Part shown: positions 37,906 through 49,393 of the stretch, in pieces
How the letters are laid out: each line of letters opens with the position of its first letter
Position numbering within the stretch: the stretch's first letter is position 1
Origin: Escherichia coli
GTDB taxonomy: Bacteria; Pseudomonadota; Gammaproteobacteria; Enterobacterales; Enterobacteriaceae
Direction: 5' to 3' (one strand)
Assembly: GCF_044324875.1 (NCBI RefSeq)
Contig: NZ_CP172185.1
DNA length: 64,000 nt
Notes under the pieces: model-generated
The model's database searches: none
What the model saw: only the letters and a program-made list of their open reading frames with translations
What the model was told of the DNA's origin: nothing
Translations under genes and position numbers: made by a program

Positions 37906-38901
37906 CTAGATTGACTCGCGGGGAAGCCAGGGACTCTCAACTATCACTTTATCCCGGTGGGTGTCACCATTGATAATGTGCAGTGTACTTAAGCGCCCAA
38001 TTTCATAATGCGGTAGCTGGACCGTGGATAATGGGGGTAAAAATAAGTTTCCAATGCCTACAAGATTGTCATAGCCAAGAACGGCAATATCCTGTGGGAT
38101 TCTGATACCCTGCGTTAACAATGTTTGATACACCATAAATGCAATACGATCGTTACCACAGATGACCGAATCAAATCGCGGTTTCCCCTGTTCGATATGC
38201 GCCAGCAACATCTCCGGAATATCTCGGTAGTGCTCATCGCCGAATTGCATATAGCAGTGCTCAAGCGTATCAGGATCGATACTGGCTTCCCTGCAGGCGC
38301 GATCAAGCCCACGACGACGACGACGCGTCGCCAGATGGTTGACGGGTAAATGCAGGCATAGAGGGCGGCTGTATCCTGCTGCCAGCAGTGCCTGTACGGC
38401 CGTATACTGGCCATGTTCATCGTCAGGTATATAGCTGGCAACCGGCTCTCCCTTGTTCTCGCAGTTGGCCAGAACGCAAGGAAGCTCCAGTAACCGGGGA
38501 GGAATACTGACTTCACGCAGCCCCATGGTAGTAAAAATGATCCCCCCGGGTCGATGGGCGAGCAGCAGGTCGACAATATCGTCAGGATTATCATCGGTAA
38601 ACATATTCACCACAAAGCTGTTCCAGCCATACGCCCGCGCGGTTTCTTCAATAGACAGCGTGATTTCTACTGAAAAAGGAGTGGTGACCGTATCCAGCGC
38701 AAGCACACCAATCGTTTTGTTCCGGGTGCCAACACGACGAATCTGCTGGGCAGAAAGGTCTGGCACATAATTTAACTGCGTGATCGCCTCCTGCACCCGA
38801 GCCAGAGTCTCAGGCTTTACGCGTTTCGGGTCATTCAGCACCCGTGAAACCGTCATGAGCGATACATTGGCCAGTTTGGCCACATCCTTTAAAGACGCCA
38901 T
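37906..38901 (-). CDS. fosR: LacI-family transcriptional repressor of the fructooligosaccharide/sucrose locus
   Basis: 331 aa; HTH MASLKDVAKLANVSLMTVSRVLN; divergent from the transporter operon; symbol assigned from remembered fos locus gene order. Confidence 0.8.
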   Translation of the reverse strand: MASLKDVAKLANVSLMTVSRVLNDPKRVKPETLARVQEAITQLNYVPDLSAQQIRRVGTRNKTIGVLALDTVTTPFSVEITLSIEETARAYGWNSFVVNMFTDDNPDDIVDLLLAHRPGGIIFTTMGLREVSIPPRLLELPCVLANCENKGEPVASYIPDDEHGQYTAVQALLAAGYSRPLCLHLPVNHLATRRRRRGLDRACREASIDPDTLEHCYMQFGDEHYRDIPEMLLAHIEQGKPRFDSVICGNDRIAFMVYQTLLTQGIRIPQDIAVLGYDNLVGIGNLFLPPLSTVQLPHYEIGRLSTLHIINGDTHRDKVIVESPWLPRESI

Positions 38902-39033
38902 AGTTTTCCATTATCTGAATGCATACACCCGGTAAGGTGTTGTGAGCAAATGCGAATGCCCTATTCTAGGCACGGACACCCAGGGTTATGCAGACCACTC
39001 TGATAAATTTGAGCTAGATCTCAACATTTCAAT

Positions 39034-39045
39034 GTTAACGTTAAC
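39034..39045. promoter_or_regulatory. candidate LacI-family operator (perfect palindrome GTTAACGTTAAC centred on CG)
   Basis: located in the divergent fosR-transporter intergenic region. Confidence 0.3.
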
Positions 39046-39141
39046 TTTTGTGATTAACATCGACAAACAAATCAAAATCGAGTGTCCCCCCAAAATGATA
39101 ACGTTACCATATTAGCATATCCTTCTTACGAGATTACGTAG

Positions 39142-40380
39142 ATGAAAAAACGGCCTACTCGAAGTTACATGCTGCTCAGCGCTCTGCTGTTCTTTTTCTT
39201 TGTGACCTGGTCCTCATCAAGTTCACTGCTCTCAATCTGGCTTCACCAGGAAGTGGGGCTAAAAGCATCGGAAACCGGCATTATTTTTTCAGTATTATCC
39301 GTCTCCGCGCTCTTCGCGCAGGTCTGTTATGGCTTTATTCAGGACCGACTTGGTCTGCGCAAACATTTGTTATGGTTTATCACCGCGTTGTTGATCCTCT
39401 CCGGCCCGGCTTATCTGCTTTTTAGTTATTTGCTGAGCGTTAATATTCTGCTGGGCAGCGTATTCGGGGGCTTATTTATCGGGCTGACGTTTAATGGGGG
39501 TATCGGCGTTCTGGAGTCCTATACCGAGCGCGTCGCGCGTCAAAGTACCTTTGAGTTTGGGCGGGCACGCATGTGGGGGTCTCTGGGCTGGGCAGTTGCC
39601 ACGTTTTTTGCCGGGTTACTGTTTAATATCAACCCTGACCTTAACTTCCTGGTGGCTTCATGCTCAGGGTTAATCTTCTTCTGCCTCCTGGCCCGATTAA
39701 AGGTGGCCGCGCCGGCAAGCATGGAGAAACTCGAAATTGGCGCTAAAAAAGTTTCTCTGGAAGACGCCCTGCGTCTGCTTACTCTGCCGCGCTTCTGGGC
39801 ACTGATATTCTTCGTGGTCGGAACCTGCATTTACGGCGTATACGATCAGCAATTCCCGGTCTATTTCTCATCACAGTTCCCGACATTACGCGAAGGGAAC
39901 GAGATGTTTGGCTATTTAAACTCTTTCCAGGTCTTTCTCGAGGCCGCAGGTATGTTTTGTGCGCCGTGGCTGGTTAATCGCATTGGTGCTAAAAATGGTC
40001 TGATATTCGCAGGAATGGTGATGGCGCTGCGCATGATTACTTCAGGGCTGGTGGAAGGCCCCCTGCTTATCTCCATTACCAAACTGCTTCACGCGGTCGA
40101 ACTGCCAATATTGTTAGTCGCCATATTTAAATACAACAGTCTGAATTTCGACAAACGTCTCTCCTCCACCATTTATCTGGTGGGATTTGCCTGCACCAGC
40201 TCCGTCATTGGTACCGTATTGTCCCCGCTGGCAGGCTTTAGCTATGAGAGATTTGGCTTCGCCCAATCCTATCTGATCATGGGCATCATGGTGTTCAGCA
40301 CCACGTTTATTTCCATTTTCCTTTTGCGCTCAACTAAATCCTCATCTGAGCCATCTTTTCTGCAGCAAAAAGCTGTGTAA
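39142..40380 (+). CDS. fosT: oligosaccharide:H+ symporter (LacY/CscB/RafB family, MFS)
   Basis: 412 aa, 12 TM, similarity to remembered CscB (LNSFQV, KLLHA.E.P, FDKRLSSTI motifs). Confidence 0.8.
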   Translation: MKKRPTRSYMLLSALLFFFFVTWSSSSSLLSIWLHQEVGLKASETGIIFSVLSVSALFAQVCYGFIQDRLGLRKHLLWFITALLILSGPAYLLFSYLLSVNILLGSVFGGLFIGLTFNGGIGVLESYTERVARQSTFEFGRARMWGSLGWAVATFFAGLLFNINPDLNFLVASCSGLIFFCLLARLKVAAPASMEKLEIGAKKVSLEDALRLLTLPRFWALIFFVVGTCIYGVYDQQFPVYFSSQFPTLREGNEMFGYLNSFQVFLEAAGMFCAPWLVNRIGAKNGLIFAGMVMALRMITSGLVEGPLLISITKLLHAVELPILLVAIFKYNSLNFDKRLSSTIYLVGFACTSSVIGTVLSPLAGFSYERFGFAQSYLIMGIMVFSTTFISIFLLRSTKSSSEPSFLQQKAV

Positions 40381-40399
40381 TGTACTGAGAATAAAGACG

Positions 40400-41833
40400 A
40401 TGACATCCTTATTAGAACAGGCTGAACAGGTGCTTGAAAAAGCACAATCCGGGATTAATCCGCGCTGGTATCCGCGCTATCACCTCGCCCCTCGCGCAGG
40501 CTGGATGAATGATCCTAATGGCCTGGTATGGTTTGACGGCTGGTATCACGCCTTTTATCAACACCATCCCTACTCCCCGAAATGGGGTCCGATGCACTGG
40601 GGGCACGCCCGAAGCAAAGATCTGGTGCATTGGGAACATTTGCCCGTCGCGCTAGCGCCGGAAGGCCCGGCGGACAAAGACGGCTGTTTCTCAGGTTCCG
40701 CCGTGGTGGACGGCGATACGCTGGCGCTCATCTATACCGGACATAAATTTCACGGCCCGTCGGACACTGACGACAACCTCTACCAGGTGCAGTGTCTGGC
40801 GACCAGTCGTGACGGCATCCATTTTGAACGGCACGGCAAGGTGATTGATACACCGCCCGGACTGCATCACTTTCGCGATCCGAAGGTGTGGCGCGAAGGT
40901 GAGTTCTGGTACATGGTTGTCGGTTCCCGCGTGGAAAATACCGGTCAGGTGCGCCTGTACCGTTCCACCGATCTCCGCGAATGGCATGACGAAGGTATTT
41001 TCGCCGAGGCTGATGAAGGCAAGGGCTTTATGTGGGAATGCCCGGATTTCTTCCCCCTGGGAGAGAAGCGTGTCCTGATGTTCTCGCCGCAGGGCATGGC
41101 GGCGGAAGGGTATCACTATCGCAACCTGTTCCAGAGCGGTTATTTACTTGGGGACTGGCAGCCAGGTCAACCGTTCACCCACAGCGGACAATTTACTGAG
41201 CTGGACCACGGCCACGACTTTTATGCCCCGCAGAGTTTCCTGACCCCGGATGGCCGACGCATTGTCATCGGGTGGCTGGATATGTGGGAATCATCGATGC
41301 CCGAACAGCAGGATGGCTGGGCCGGAATGCTCTCGCTTCCTCGCGAATTAAGCCTTGTCGATGGTCGTGTGAGAATGAAACCTGCTGCCGAAGTGACCGC
41401 GCTGCGTGGCAGCTATTATCCCACGCCCGTCCGCTGTCTGAACAATCAGAACGTCCTTGTCGCGGCAAATGCCGACGCGGTCGAAGTTCAGTTGGCATGG
41501 GATTTGAGCGCATCGACGGCTGAACAGTTTGGTATCGCGTTGGGCGACGGGTTGAGAATTTACGTCGATGATCAGGCTGGGCGTCTGGTGGTGGAGCGCC
41601 GCTATCCGGAATATTCGCTGGAAGGCACTCGCAGTATTCCGCTTCCAGCAGACAGCGTTCTGTCACTGCGAATTTTTATTGACCGCTCATCGGTGGAAGT
41701 TTTTGTTAACGATGGTGACGCTTGCTTAAGCAGTCGTATTTATCCGCAGCCGGGCGAGCGTGATATTTCATTGTTTGCAAATCTGGGGAAGGCCTCATTA
41801 TACGATGCGGGATACTGGTCTTTAGATAAATAA
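40400..41833 (+). CDS. GH32 beta-fructofuranosidase, cytoplasmic (CscA-like)
   Basis: 477 aa; GH32 motifs WMNDPNG, FRDP, ECPDFF; no signal peptide; likely fosGH2. Confidence 0.9.
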   Translation: MTSLLEQAEQVLEKAQSGINPRWYPRYHLAPRAGWMNDPNGLVWFDGWYHAFYQHHPYSPKWGPMHWGHARSKDLVHWEHLPVALAPEGPADKDGCFSGSAVVDGDTLALIYTGHKFHGPSDTDDNLYQVQCLATSRDGIHFERHGKVIDTPPGLHHFRDPKVWREGEFWYMVVGSRVENTGQVRLYRSTDLREWHDEGIFAEADEGKGFMWECPDFFPLGEKRVLMFSPQGMAAEGYHYRNLFQSGYLLGDWQPGQPFTHSGQFTELDHGHDFYAPQSFLTPDGRRIVIGWLDMWESSMPEQQDGWAGMLSLPRELSLVDGRVRMKPAAEVTALRGSYYPTPVRCLNNQNVLVAANADAVEVQLAWDLSASTAEQFGIALGDGLRIYVDDQAGRLVVERRYPEYSLEGTRSIPLPADSVLSLRIFIDRSSVEVFVNDGDACLSSRIYPQPGERDISLFANLGKASLYDAGYWSLDK

Positions 41834-41925
41834 TTCTCCGTTCCGACCTGTTTCTTGCAGGGTGAGTTTTTATTTCTGCCAGTCTCTGGCTGGCATGTTA
41901 TTGTCTGGAATAATGAGAGAGCAAA

Positions 41926-43191
41926 ATGGATGAAAGCGTAATACCTCAAAATTGCATTACCTCGAAAGATAAAAATATATTTGTTCCAGGAAAACAGATG
42001 CTGGCATTAATGGTGACATTAGCAGCATTTCCTGCCATTGCTGAAGACGTTACAGGAAACTATCAAAGCTATTTTCAGGATGAATCAGACACCAACGGTA
42101 CGAGTGTTTCATTAGCCAATCAAGGCAATGAAAAATCATCCCTTAGCGCTTCATCTTCTCCGGTTGCTGCAGGTCAAAAACCTGAACTCACGACCTCGTC
42201 AAAGCCAGTGACGTTATCGGCACCAATGGAGAATAAGAAAACTGCAGTAGAAAAACGTCCTAAAGGGGATAACCCTAAAGATGTCAGTCTGTTGCGTTTA
42301 AGGCAGGAAGATCCGCCGGTTCACTGGAACAGTATTGGTCGTAACATGGAAGTGGGTAGCTTGCATGGGAACATTGGATCTCAGATAGAAATTGACGATG
42401 TTCGCTGGAGCAATAATAAGAAAAACAGCGGCAAGTTTAAACTCGCCACCATTCAGGCTTTTTTAAGGCACGATGAATTGCCTAACTGGTATTTCGGTTT
42501 CTGGAATGCCAGAGAAGACAGTTATAAAGGACAGTTCAGTAATCAGGACTATAAAGGCACCAATACCATCAATGAATTTTTTGTGGGCCATATTTTCGAA
42601 ACCTGGCGGGGTAATATCGGTACGGAAGTCATGGTCGGCTCCGAAACGGCAACTAAACGCTGGAAAAACCGGTTCAAAGTCTGGCAGGACCTGCGACTGT
42701 CCAACAAATGGAGCCTGGCCGGATACGCGTATGGCGAGTATCAGCCTCAGGGGAACGAACCGGGGAATGGCGATCTGGAGCAGTACATTTTCGAAATTGA
42801 GCCAGCCATTCAATACCGCGTGAATCCGGATCTCGGACTCTATTTGCGGCCCTATTATTACCATAACCGCCAGGAGCGTCAGAGCTGGGGCGACATTGTA
42901 GAAGAAGAATGGAAAGTCACGGCCGGGCTCTGGCGAAACTGGTATCCATTATTAACCTCCCTGTATGTTGGATTTGGCCAGGACAAAATAGATAACGCCA
43001 GCAATGCCAGCGAAGTTTTCTATGACGGCCGTTATAAGTTTATCGGTGGAACGCTGAGTTATCCGGTATTTGGTGAGGTGCGATTATATGGTGAATTCAA
43101 GGCACAATTTACGAAAGAAACCGGACTTTGGACATCAACCGGTCACTCATGGAATCCGTTTACCGTGGTTGGCGTGAATTATAACTTCTGA
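41926..43191 (+). CDS. putative outer-membrane beta-barrel protein (likely fosX); true start may be the internal ATG near 41998
   Basis: 421 aa; C-terminal aromatic residue (…VGVNYNF), alternating amphipathic strands, Ser/Thr-rich linker after the signal region. Confidence 0.55.
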   Translation: MDESVIPQNCITSKDKNIFVPGKQMLALMVTLAAFPAIAEDVTGNYQSYFQDESDTNGTSVSLANQGNEKSSLSASSSPVAAGQKPELTTSSKPVTLSAPMENKKTAVEKRPKGDNPKDVSLLRLRQEDPPVHWNSIGRNMEVGSLHGNIGSQIEIDDVRWSNNKKNSGKFKLATIQAFLRHDELPNWYFGFWNAREDSYKGQFSNQDYKGTNTINEFFVGHIFETWRGNIGTEVMVGSETATKRWKNRFKVWQDLRLSNKWSLAGYAYGEYQPQGNEPGNGDLEQYIFEIEPAIQYRVNPDLGLYLRPYYYHNRQERQSWGDIVEEEWKVTAGLWRNWYPLLTSLYVGFGQDKIDNASNASEVFYDGRYKFIGGTLSYPVFGEVRLYGEFKAQFTKETGLWTSTGHSWNPFTVVGVNYNF

Positions 43192-43205
43192 TATTCAGGT
43201 GTAGC

Positions 43206-44699
43206 ATGAAAAAATTAATAGTTGCGGCATCTTTCGCTCTGCTTGCGCTTTCGCTCGGCAATAACCCTGCCTGGTCACAGCCTTCGAAAGAGACATTACA
43301 GAATAAAAGCATCACCCATATTAATGGCTTTTTTCCGAGGGTTGAAGGTTCATTCGTGGGCGACCCTATGCCCGTTTTTAACGATGGCAAATTTGATATT
43401 TATTATCTTAATGATGTCCGAGGCGGCAGCGATCTGGGGGTACATGCTTTTCATCTCTTGTCGAGTGCCAACTTGTATGATTATCAGAACCATTCGGAAG
43501 TGATCCCCTACGTTAACGACGTTGACGATCCTGAACTGTTATTGGGAACCGGTTCGATTATTAAAGTCGGCGATACCTGGCATGCCTGGTACACCGCACA
43601 CAATGAAAATGTGTTCCCGGTTGAGTCTGTTATGCACGCGACCAGTAAGGACCGCCTTCACTGGGTGAAACACCCGCAGGACACCCTGTTACCCGGCGGT
43701 AACTATCGGGGTAATGATTTCAGGGACCCTCACGTCGTTTGGGTTGAGGAAAAGAAAGAATACTGGATGTTAATTACTACGCGCAGTAATGGTCGTGGGG
43801 TTATTGCCCGATACAGTTCAACGGATTTAAAGCACTGGGAAGATCGCGGCGTATTTTTTGATAACGACACCATCACCAGCAATGCCAACCTCGAATGCCC
43901 GACACTGGTTTACTTCAACGGACGCTGGTATCTCAGCTTTAGCGACCAATGGCCGTTACGCCTGACACAATACCGGGTTGCGGACAATCCGGAGGGGCCG
44001 TGGCGGAAACTGGACAATTATGTGGTCGACGGCTCAGGTTTTTACGCGGGTAAACTGGTTCTCAAAAACGATCGGCTGTTTGTTTTCGGCTGGATCCCGA
44101 CGAAAGCCGGTAACCGTGACAGCGGCAACATTGATTGGGCAGGGAATCTGGTTGCTCATGAGCTCACCGCAGATGCCCAGGGCCAGCTCAACAGCATCCT
44201 CCCCCAGGAGCTTCAGAAGGTCATCAGTGAGAATCCTGGCCCGGAAACCACCTTGACGAGCACTAAGACACTCAAAACGGACACGTCGTTCGGCCCCTTA
44301 CAGTCGGCGCTGTACCCGGCCTTGCCTGAGCGCGGTGAGTTGAGTGCAACCATCGATGTTCCTTCTGCCGGAATGGTGATGAGCTTTGGTCTGACCGACG
44401 ACAGAGTCAGTGATGCGATGCTGAACGTTGTGTTCAATAAGAGCAAAGGAAAAGTCTATTTTTTCAACGCGCCGCTAGCGTCGATTCATCAGGCTAACGC
44501 GGAATCCTGGGTGGACATTCCGATCGGGGAAAAAATTGAGTTACGCGTTCTCATACAAAACTCAATTGCTGTCTTTTATATAAACAACAAAGTGGCATTC
44601 AGTACCCGGATGTATTCCATGCAGGAGAAACCGTGGAGTATTAGCCTGCCTCAAAACGACCATTTTCACGCGACGTTGAAAATAAAAGAAATGATTTAA
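43206..44699 (+). CDS. GH32 fructan/fructooligosaccharide hydrolase, secreted
   Basis: 497 aa; signal peptide MKKLIVAASFALLALSLG; GH32 motifs (FRDPHVVW, ECP); likely fosGH1. Confidence 0.85.
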   Translation: MKKLIVAASFALLALSLGNNPAWSQPSKETLQNKSITHINGFFPRVEGSFVGDPMPVFNDGKFDIYYLNDVRGGSDLGVHAFHLLSSANLYDYQNHSEVIPYVNDVDDPELLLGTGSIIKVGDTWHAWYTAHNENVFPVESVMHATSKDRLHWVKHPQDTLLPGGNYRGNDFRDPHVVWVEEKKEYWMLITTRSNGRGVIARYSSTDLKHWEDRGVFFDNDTITSNANLECPTLVYFNGRWYLSFSDQWPLRLTQYRVADNPEGPWRKLDNYVVDGSGFYAGKLVLKNDRLFVFGWIPTKAGNRDSGNIDWAGNLVAHELTADAQGQLNSILPQELQKVISENPGPETTLTSTKTLKTDTSFGPLQSALYPALPERGELSATIDVPSAGMVMSFGLTDDRVSDAMLNVVFNKSKGKVYFFNAPLASIHQANAESWVDIPIGEKIELRVLIQNSIAVFYINNKVAFSTRMYSMQEKPWSISLPQNDHFHATLKIKEMI

Positions 44700-44711
44700 C
44701 GGGATATTATT

Positions 44712-45725
44712 ATGAAAAACTATCATGCCCTGTCTGTTATTTTTACTCTTATGTTACCCGCGCTGGCGAATGCGAGCATGAGCATCATGAAGGATCCGTC
44801 TGGAAAGGTTATCGCCGTGGACCCTTGGTCATATCTTGATGAAGATGTTATGTGGACCTCAGCCCGCTCCTCCAATCCTGCCGGTGGCCGCGTTCATGGC
44901 CAACTGAAAATGAAATATGCCATTGAGGATAATAACTGGCGTAACAGCCATTTCCACAACGGGAATGATTCGCTGACGTTTGTACAAGGTGTGATGCGGC
45001 ACGATGCGTTACCCGGTTGGTATCTGGCTTTCTCTGAGGGCAGAACCACTAACTATAACGGGACGTGGGAGGATCAGTCTTACCTCAGCCAAAACCAGTG
45101 GACTCAGTTGATCATCGGCCATGAATATTTTTACAAGCGTCTGCGCTATGGCTGGGATGTGATGGGAGGAAGCGCCTCAATCGAAGACCGCTGGCAAGGC
45201 CGCGTTAAGTTCTTTACCGATCTTCGGGTTACGGATAATTTCTCATTCTTTAACTACCTGTATCAGCAGATCGATCACCGGCGCAGCGGTGGGTCGCAAA
45301 ACGACCGTGACGTGCGTTCATTTCAGATTGAGCCAGGCGTGCAATACATTATTAATAACAACACCGGTGTCTGGTTCCGCCAGCAGTTCGCATCTGCCAT
45401 TTTAGACAGGGCGCAGTGGGGCGATATCGACGAAAAAAGCTGGACCACGTCAGTCGGCGTCTGGCGAAACTGGGGGAAGTTATCCACAACGCTCAGCGGC
45501 GGTTATGGTCATTATAAGAAATACAATGCGCAACCTGAGGATGGCGAAGTCTTTCAGAATACCCGCAATCGCTTCCTGAAGGTATCGGCAAATTATCCTT
45601 TGACCTCTCGTTTTACCGTGTCCGGAGAAGTTACTGGTTCGTTGATCAAACAGAACGGAAGTTGGGTCACTAACGGTGAGGCCATTACCACTGAGTATAA
45701 GCTGATGCTGGATTATAACTTTTAA
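44712..45725 (+). CDS. putative outer-membrane beta-barrel protein, paralog of 41926-43191 (likely fosY)
   Basis: 337 aa; signal peptide; shares motifs with the 421-aa protein (GVWRNW, GDI.E..W, C-terminal ...DYNF). Confidence 0.55.
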   Translation: MKNYHALSVIFTLMLPALANASMSIMKDPSGKVIAVDPWSYLDEDVMWTSARSSNPAGGRVHGQLKMKYAIEDNNWRNSHFHNGNDSLTFVQGVMRHDALPGWYLAFSEGRTTNYNGTWEDQSYLSQNQWTQLIIGHEYFYKRLRYGWDVMGGSASIEDRWQGRVKFFTDLRVTDNFSFFNYLYQQIDHRRSGGSQNDRDVRSFQIEPGVQYIINNNTGVWFRQQFASAILDRAQWGDIDEKSWTTSVGVWRNWGKLSTTLSGGYGHYKKYNAQPEDGEVFQNTRNRFLKVSANYPLTSRFTVSGEVTGSLIKQNGSWVTNGEAITTEYKLMLDYNF

Positions 45726-45838
45726 ACCGTACGCTGGATAATCCATGCCACCTGAACACGCTGAAGCGTTAGTAAAAATAGTGACCTTACCGCAGGTCAC
45801 GTTTAAAAAAACAAGTTAATTATTATTAAGGAAATATC

Positions 45839-46801
45839 ATGAATATCTGGACTCTTGGCGATGCTGTTGTTGATCTTCTACCCCTTACAGATATGCAATT
45901 TCGTGCTTGTGCAGGAGGTGCGCCATTTAATGTTGCGATAGGTACTGCACAATTGAAATGTCGTACCGGCTTTATAGGTCGCGTAGGGGATGACGATTTT
46001 GGCCATTTCCTGAGAAAAACTCTCGAAGATTCAGGAGTTTCTACACAATGTATCCAAATGGATAAATATCATCGTACAAGTACAGTACTGGTTTCTCTTA
46101 AAGATCAGGGAGAACGTGGTTTTACATTTCTTACGAACCCTTCAGCCGACCAATTTCTAACACAAGATGCCCTTCCAGCTTTTAGTGATGATATCCTGCA
46201 TTTTTGTTCACTTGCGCTGGTTGCTGCAGATTGCCGCACGACTTTGACTAAAGCAGTCCAGGAAGTCATTGACCACGGTGGACTTATCAGCTTTGATGTT
46301 AATTTACGAGACCAAATGTGGCGTGATAAGGAAGAAATGTTTGCGACAGTGAGTCAATTCGCTGAAAAAGCCGATATCCTTAAACTCTCTGAAGAAGAGT
46401 GGTACTGGTTAATGGGTACACATGATTATACAGAGGCGTTAGAAGCACTCAAAACCCATCCTGCCAGATTAAAAGTGGTCACCTTTGGTGCGAGAGGTTC
46501 ATTGGTATTATGGCAAGATATGGTGATACATTTCAGAGGATTTAATGTTAAAAGTATTGACACAACAGGCGCTGGAGATGCTTTTATGGCTGGGTTACTT
46601 GCCAGCATCGCCAATAAAGGTTTGCCAATGAATTTTCCAGAACTTCAATTAGCAATCACTCAGGCCAGTGCCACCGGAGCGCTCGCAACTACCAAAAAAG
46701 GTGCACTTACCGCCCTTCCTGATACAGCCGCACTGGAAACGTTCATTAATCATTTTCCATTACCGGGCTATGAGATCCTTGGAGCAACCGCTACGGTGTA
46801 A
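45839..46801 (+). CDS. fosK: PfkB-family fructokinase
   Basis: 320 aa; PfkB motifs GGAPFNVA and DTTGAGDAF. Confidence 0.85.
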   Translation: MNIWTLGDAVVDLLPLTDMQFRACAGGAPFNVAIGTAQLKCRTGFIGRVGDDDFGHFLRKTLEDSGVSTQCIQMDKYHRTSTVLVSLKDQGERGFTFLTNPSADQFLTQDALPAFSDDILHFCSLALVAADCRTTLTKAVQEVIDHGGLISFDVNLRDQMWRDKEEMFATVSQFAEKADILKLSEEEWYWLMGTHDYTEALEALKTHPARLKVVTFGARGSLVLWQDMVIHFRGFNVKSIDTTGAGDAFMAGLLASIANKGLPMNFPELQLAITQASATGALATTKKGALTALPDTAALETFINHFPLPGYEILGATATV

Positions 46802-47081
46802 CAACTTTTCATGCTGTATGGTGTAGGAATATAGCAAACGTATCTTCAATTGTTAGTTATGACCTCTAGAAGTATGAGATATCTTTTGTAGATAATCATG
46901 GCTGTGTATGGGCAGCCTTATACTGCCCCTTTTTCTATTACCTTAAGAAAGATAAGTACAGTTTGCTTTCCTGGAGATTAATGCATGCTCTGGATAGCAA
47001 TCCTCAACTATCAGCAGAAAGTAGATAAAATTTCAGGGTGGCCCTATAAAAATCATTAGATGCGTTTCTGACGTTACTTAG

Positions 47082-47424
<343 letters not shown>

Positions 47425-47454
47425 GTAAGCGACTCGTCAGAACCGTATTGATAT

Positions 47455-49026
47455 TTACTGAGAGCTCAGATCAACTTTCCAGGGCAACAGATCGCGTACC
47501 CGGTTTGCCGGCCAGTCCTGGATATGTTCAATGACGTAACGCAGCCACTTTTCTGGCTCCACATTGTTCAGACGGCATGTGCCGATCAGCGAGTACAACA
47601 CCGCCGCATGTTCACCACCGCTGTCGGAACCCGCGAACATCCAGTTTTTCCGGCCTACGGCCACTCCCCGTAAGGCGTTCTCTGCGATGTTGTTGTCGAT
47701 TTCCACCCAGCCATTACTGCAGTACACGTTCAGTGCATCCCACTGTTTCAGCAGGTATGCGAACGCTTTTGCCGTATCTGAGTGACGCGACAGTGTTTTC
47801 ATCTGTTGCTGTATCCAGTCATACAGTGACTGCATCAGTGGCGCGGCTCTGGCTTTTCTTGCCGCCAGACGCTGTTCTGCTGAACAGCCCCGGACCTCTG
47901 CCTCGATGGCATACAGTTCACCGATACGCTGCAGGGCTTCCGTGGTGATGTAGGTGGGCGCTCTTGCATGCACATCGTGGATTTTTCTCCGGGCATGAGC
48001 CATACACGCGGCTTCCGTTATTCTGCCGGATTCGTATAACGCCCGGTAACCACCGTAAGCATCGGCCTGAAGCACACCGCTGTAACCGGCCAGGTGATTT
48101 TGTGGATGGATACCTTTCCGGTCCGGACTGTACGCGAACCAGACCGCCGGGGGCATCTGTGAACCGGCGTTACGGTCATCACGGACGTAGACCCACAGCC
48201 GGGCTGTCCGGGTTTTACCGCTGCCCGGCTCCTGGACCGGGACGGGGATATCATCAGCATGGACTTTACCGGGCATCAGCACATACTGGCGCAGGACGTC
48301 ATACAGCGGCTCCAGCAGTTCAGCAACAGCACCTGTCCAGCGCCCCAGTGTGGCACGGCTCAGCTCCACTCCCTGACGACGGTATATTTCTGACTGGCGG
48401 TATAACGGCAGATGGTCTGCATATTTCCCGGTGACAACATGGGCCAGAAGCCCCGCTCCGGCATAACTGCGTGCAATGGGTTTTGAAGGTACTGGTGCCT
48501 GCACGATATGGTCGCACCGGCAACAGGCCTGTTTCGGACGTTGTGTTTCGATAACCTTAAAGGCGCTGCTGATAAGCTCCAGTTGCTCTGACACATCACA
48601 TCCCAGAGAACTGAGTTCACCACCACAGGCAGGACAGCATTCCTCTTCCGGCCGGATAACCCGGGTTTCACGGGGAAGTGAGGCCGGTAACGGTTTACGG
48701 GCTGAAGACTGGCGCAGGGCGGATGGCAGTACCGGGTCATATTGCTCACCCAGCGTTTCCGCCATTTCTTCCTGAAGTGCGCTGATTCGCTCCTGTGCTT
48801 CCTGTATCTGCCGTTCGGTTTTTGCACGAAGTTTTTCTGAGCTTTTACCGAACTGCATACGTTGCAGTTTCGCAACCAGCGCCTTCAGCCGGTTGATTTC
48901 GGAAGCATAAGCCGCCACCCGCTGTGAGAGCAGGCGGTTGTATTCAGCCATCTGGCGGATGGTGTCCTGTTGCGTCTGCAACAGTGCCCGCAGGCGGGCG
49001 TTCTCATGAGCAAGTGAGGTGTCCAT
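47455..49026 (-). CDS. IS66-family transposase TnpC
   Basis: 523 aa; N-terminal coiled coil/leucine zipper, zinc-finger CPACGG, DDE region. Confidence 0.9.
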   Translation of the reverse strand: MDTSLAHENARLRALLQTQQDTIRQMAEYNRLLSQRVAAYASEINRLKALVAKLQRMQFGKSSEKLRAKTERQIQEAQERISALQEEMAETLGEQYDPVLPSALRQSSARKPLPASLPRETRVIRPEEECCPACGGELSSLGCDVSEQLELISSAFKVIETQRPKQACCRCDHIVQAPVPSKPIARSYAGAGLLAHVVTGKYADHLPLYRQSEIYRRQGVELSRATLGRWTGAVAELLEPLYDVLRQYVLMPGKVHADDIPVPVQEPGSGKTRTARLWVYVRDDRNAGSQMPPAVWFAYSPDRKGIHPQNHLAGYSGVLQADAYGGYRALYESGRITEAACMAHARRKIHDVHARAPTYITTEALQRIGELYAIEAEVRGCSAEQRLAARKARAAPLMQSLYDWIQQQMKTLSRHSDTAKAFAYLLKQWDALNVYCSNGWVEIDNNIAENALRGVAVGRKNWMFAGSDSGGEHAAVLYSLIGTCRLNNVEPEKWLRYVIEHIQDWPANRVRDLLPWKVDLSSQ

Positions 49027-49045
49027 ATCCTCACTTTACAACGGG

Positions 49046-49393
49046 TTATATGCGGATTCCAGCGCGTTCCGTTCGTTTCGGGTGCTTCCAGTTGATACCT
49101 TCAAGAAGCATGGATAACTGAGCCGGAGTAAGGTGCACCTTGCCGTCACGGGTGACTGGCCAGACGAAGCGGCCCCGCTCCAGGCGTTTGGTGAAGAGGC
49201 ACAGTCCGTCACTGTCAGCCCACAACACTTTTATCTGGTCACCCCGGCGTCCGCGGAAGATGAACAGGTGTCCGGAGAACGGGTCATCCTTCAGGACGTT
49301 CTGAACTTTTGATGCCAGGCCGTTAAAGCCATTTCGCATATCGGTGATACCTGCAACCAGCCAGATACGCGAACCTGCAGGGAGAGATATCAT
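49046..49393 (-). CDS. IS66-family TnpB
   Basis: 115 aa; MISLPAGSRIWLVAGITDMRNGFNGLA is the conserved IS66 Orf2 signature. Confidence 0.9.
   Translation of the reverse strand: MISLPAGSRIWLVAGITDMRNGFNGLASKVQNVLKDDPFSGHLFIFRGRRGDQIKVLWADSDGLCLFTKRLERGRFVWPVTRDGKVHLTPAQLSMLLEGINWKHPKRTERAGIRI

Noticed and set aside
47964-48875. Multiple ORFs of 150-170 aa on both strands inside the IS66-family tnpC gene
   Set aside because: Alternative frames of the transposase gene; TnpC has clear family motifs and these do not.
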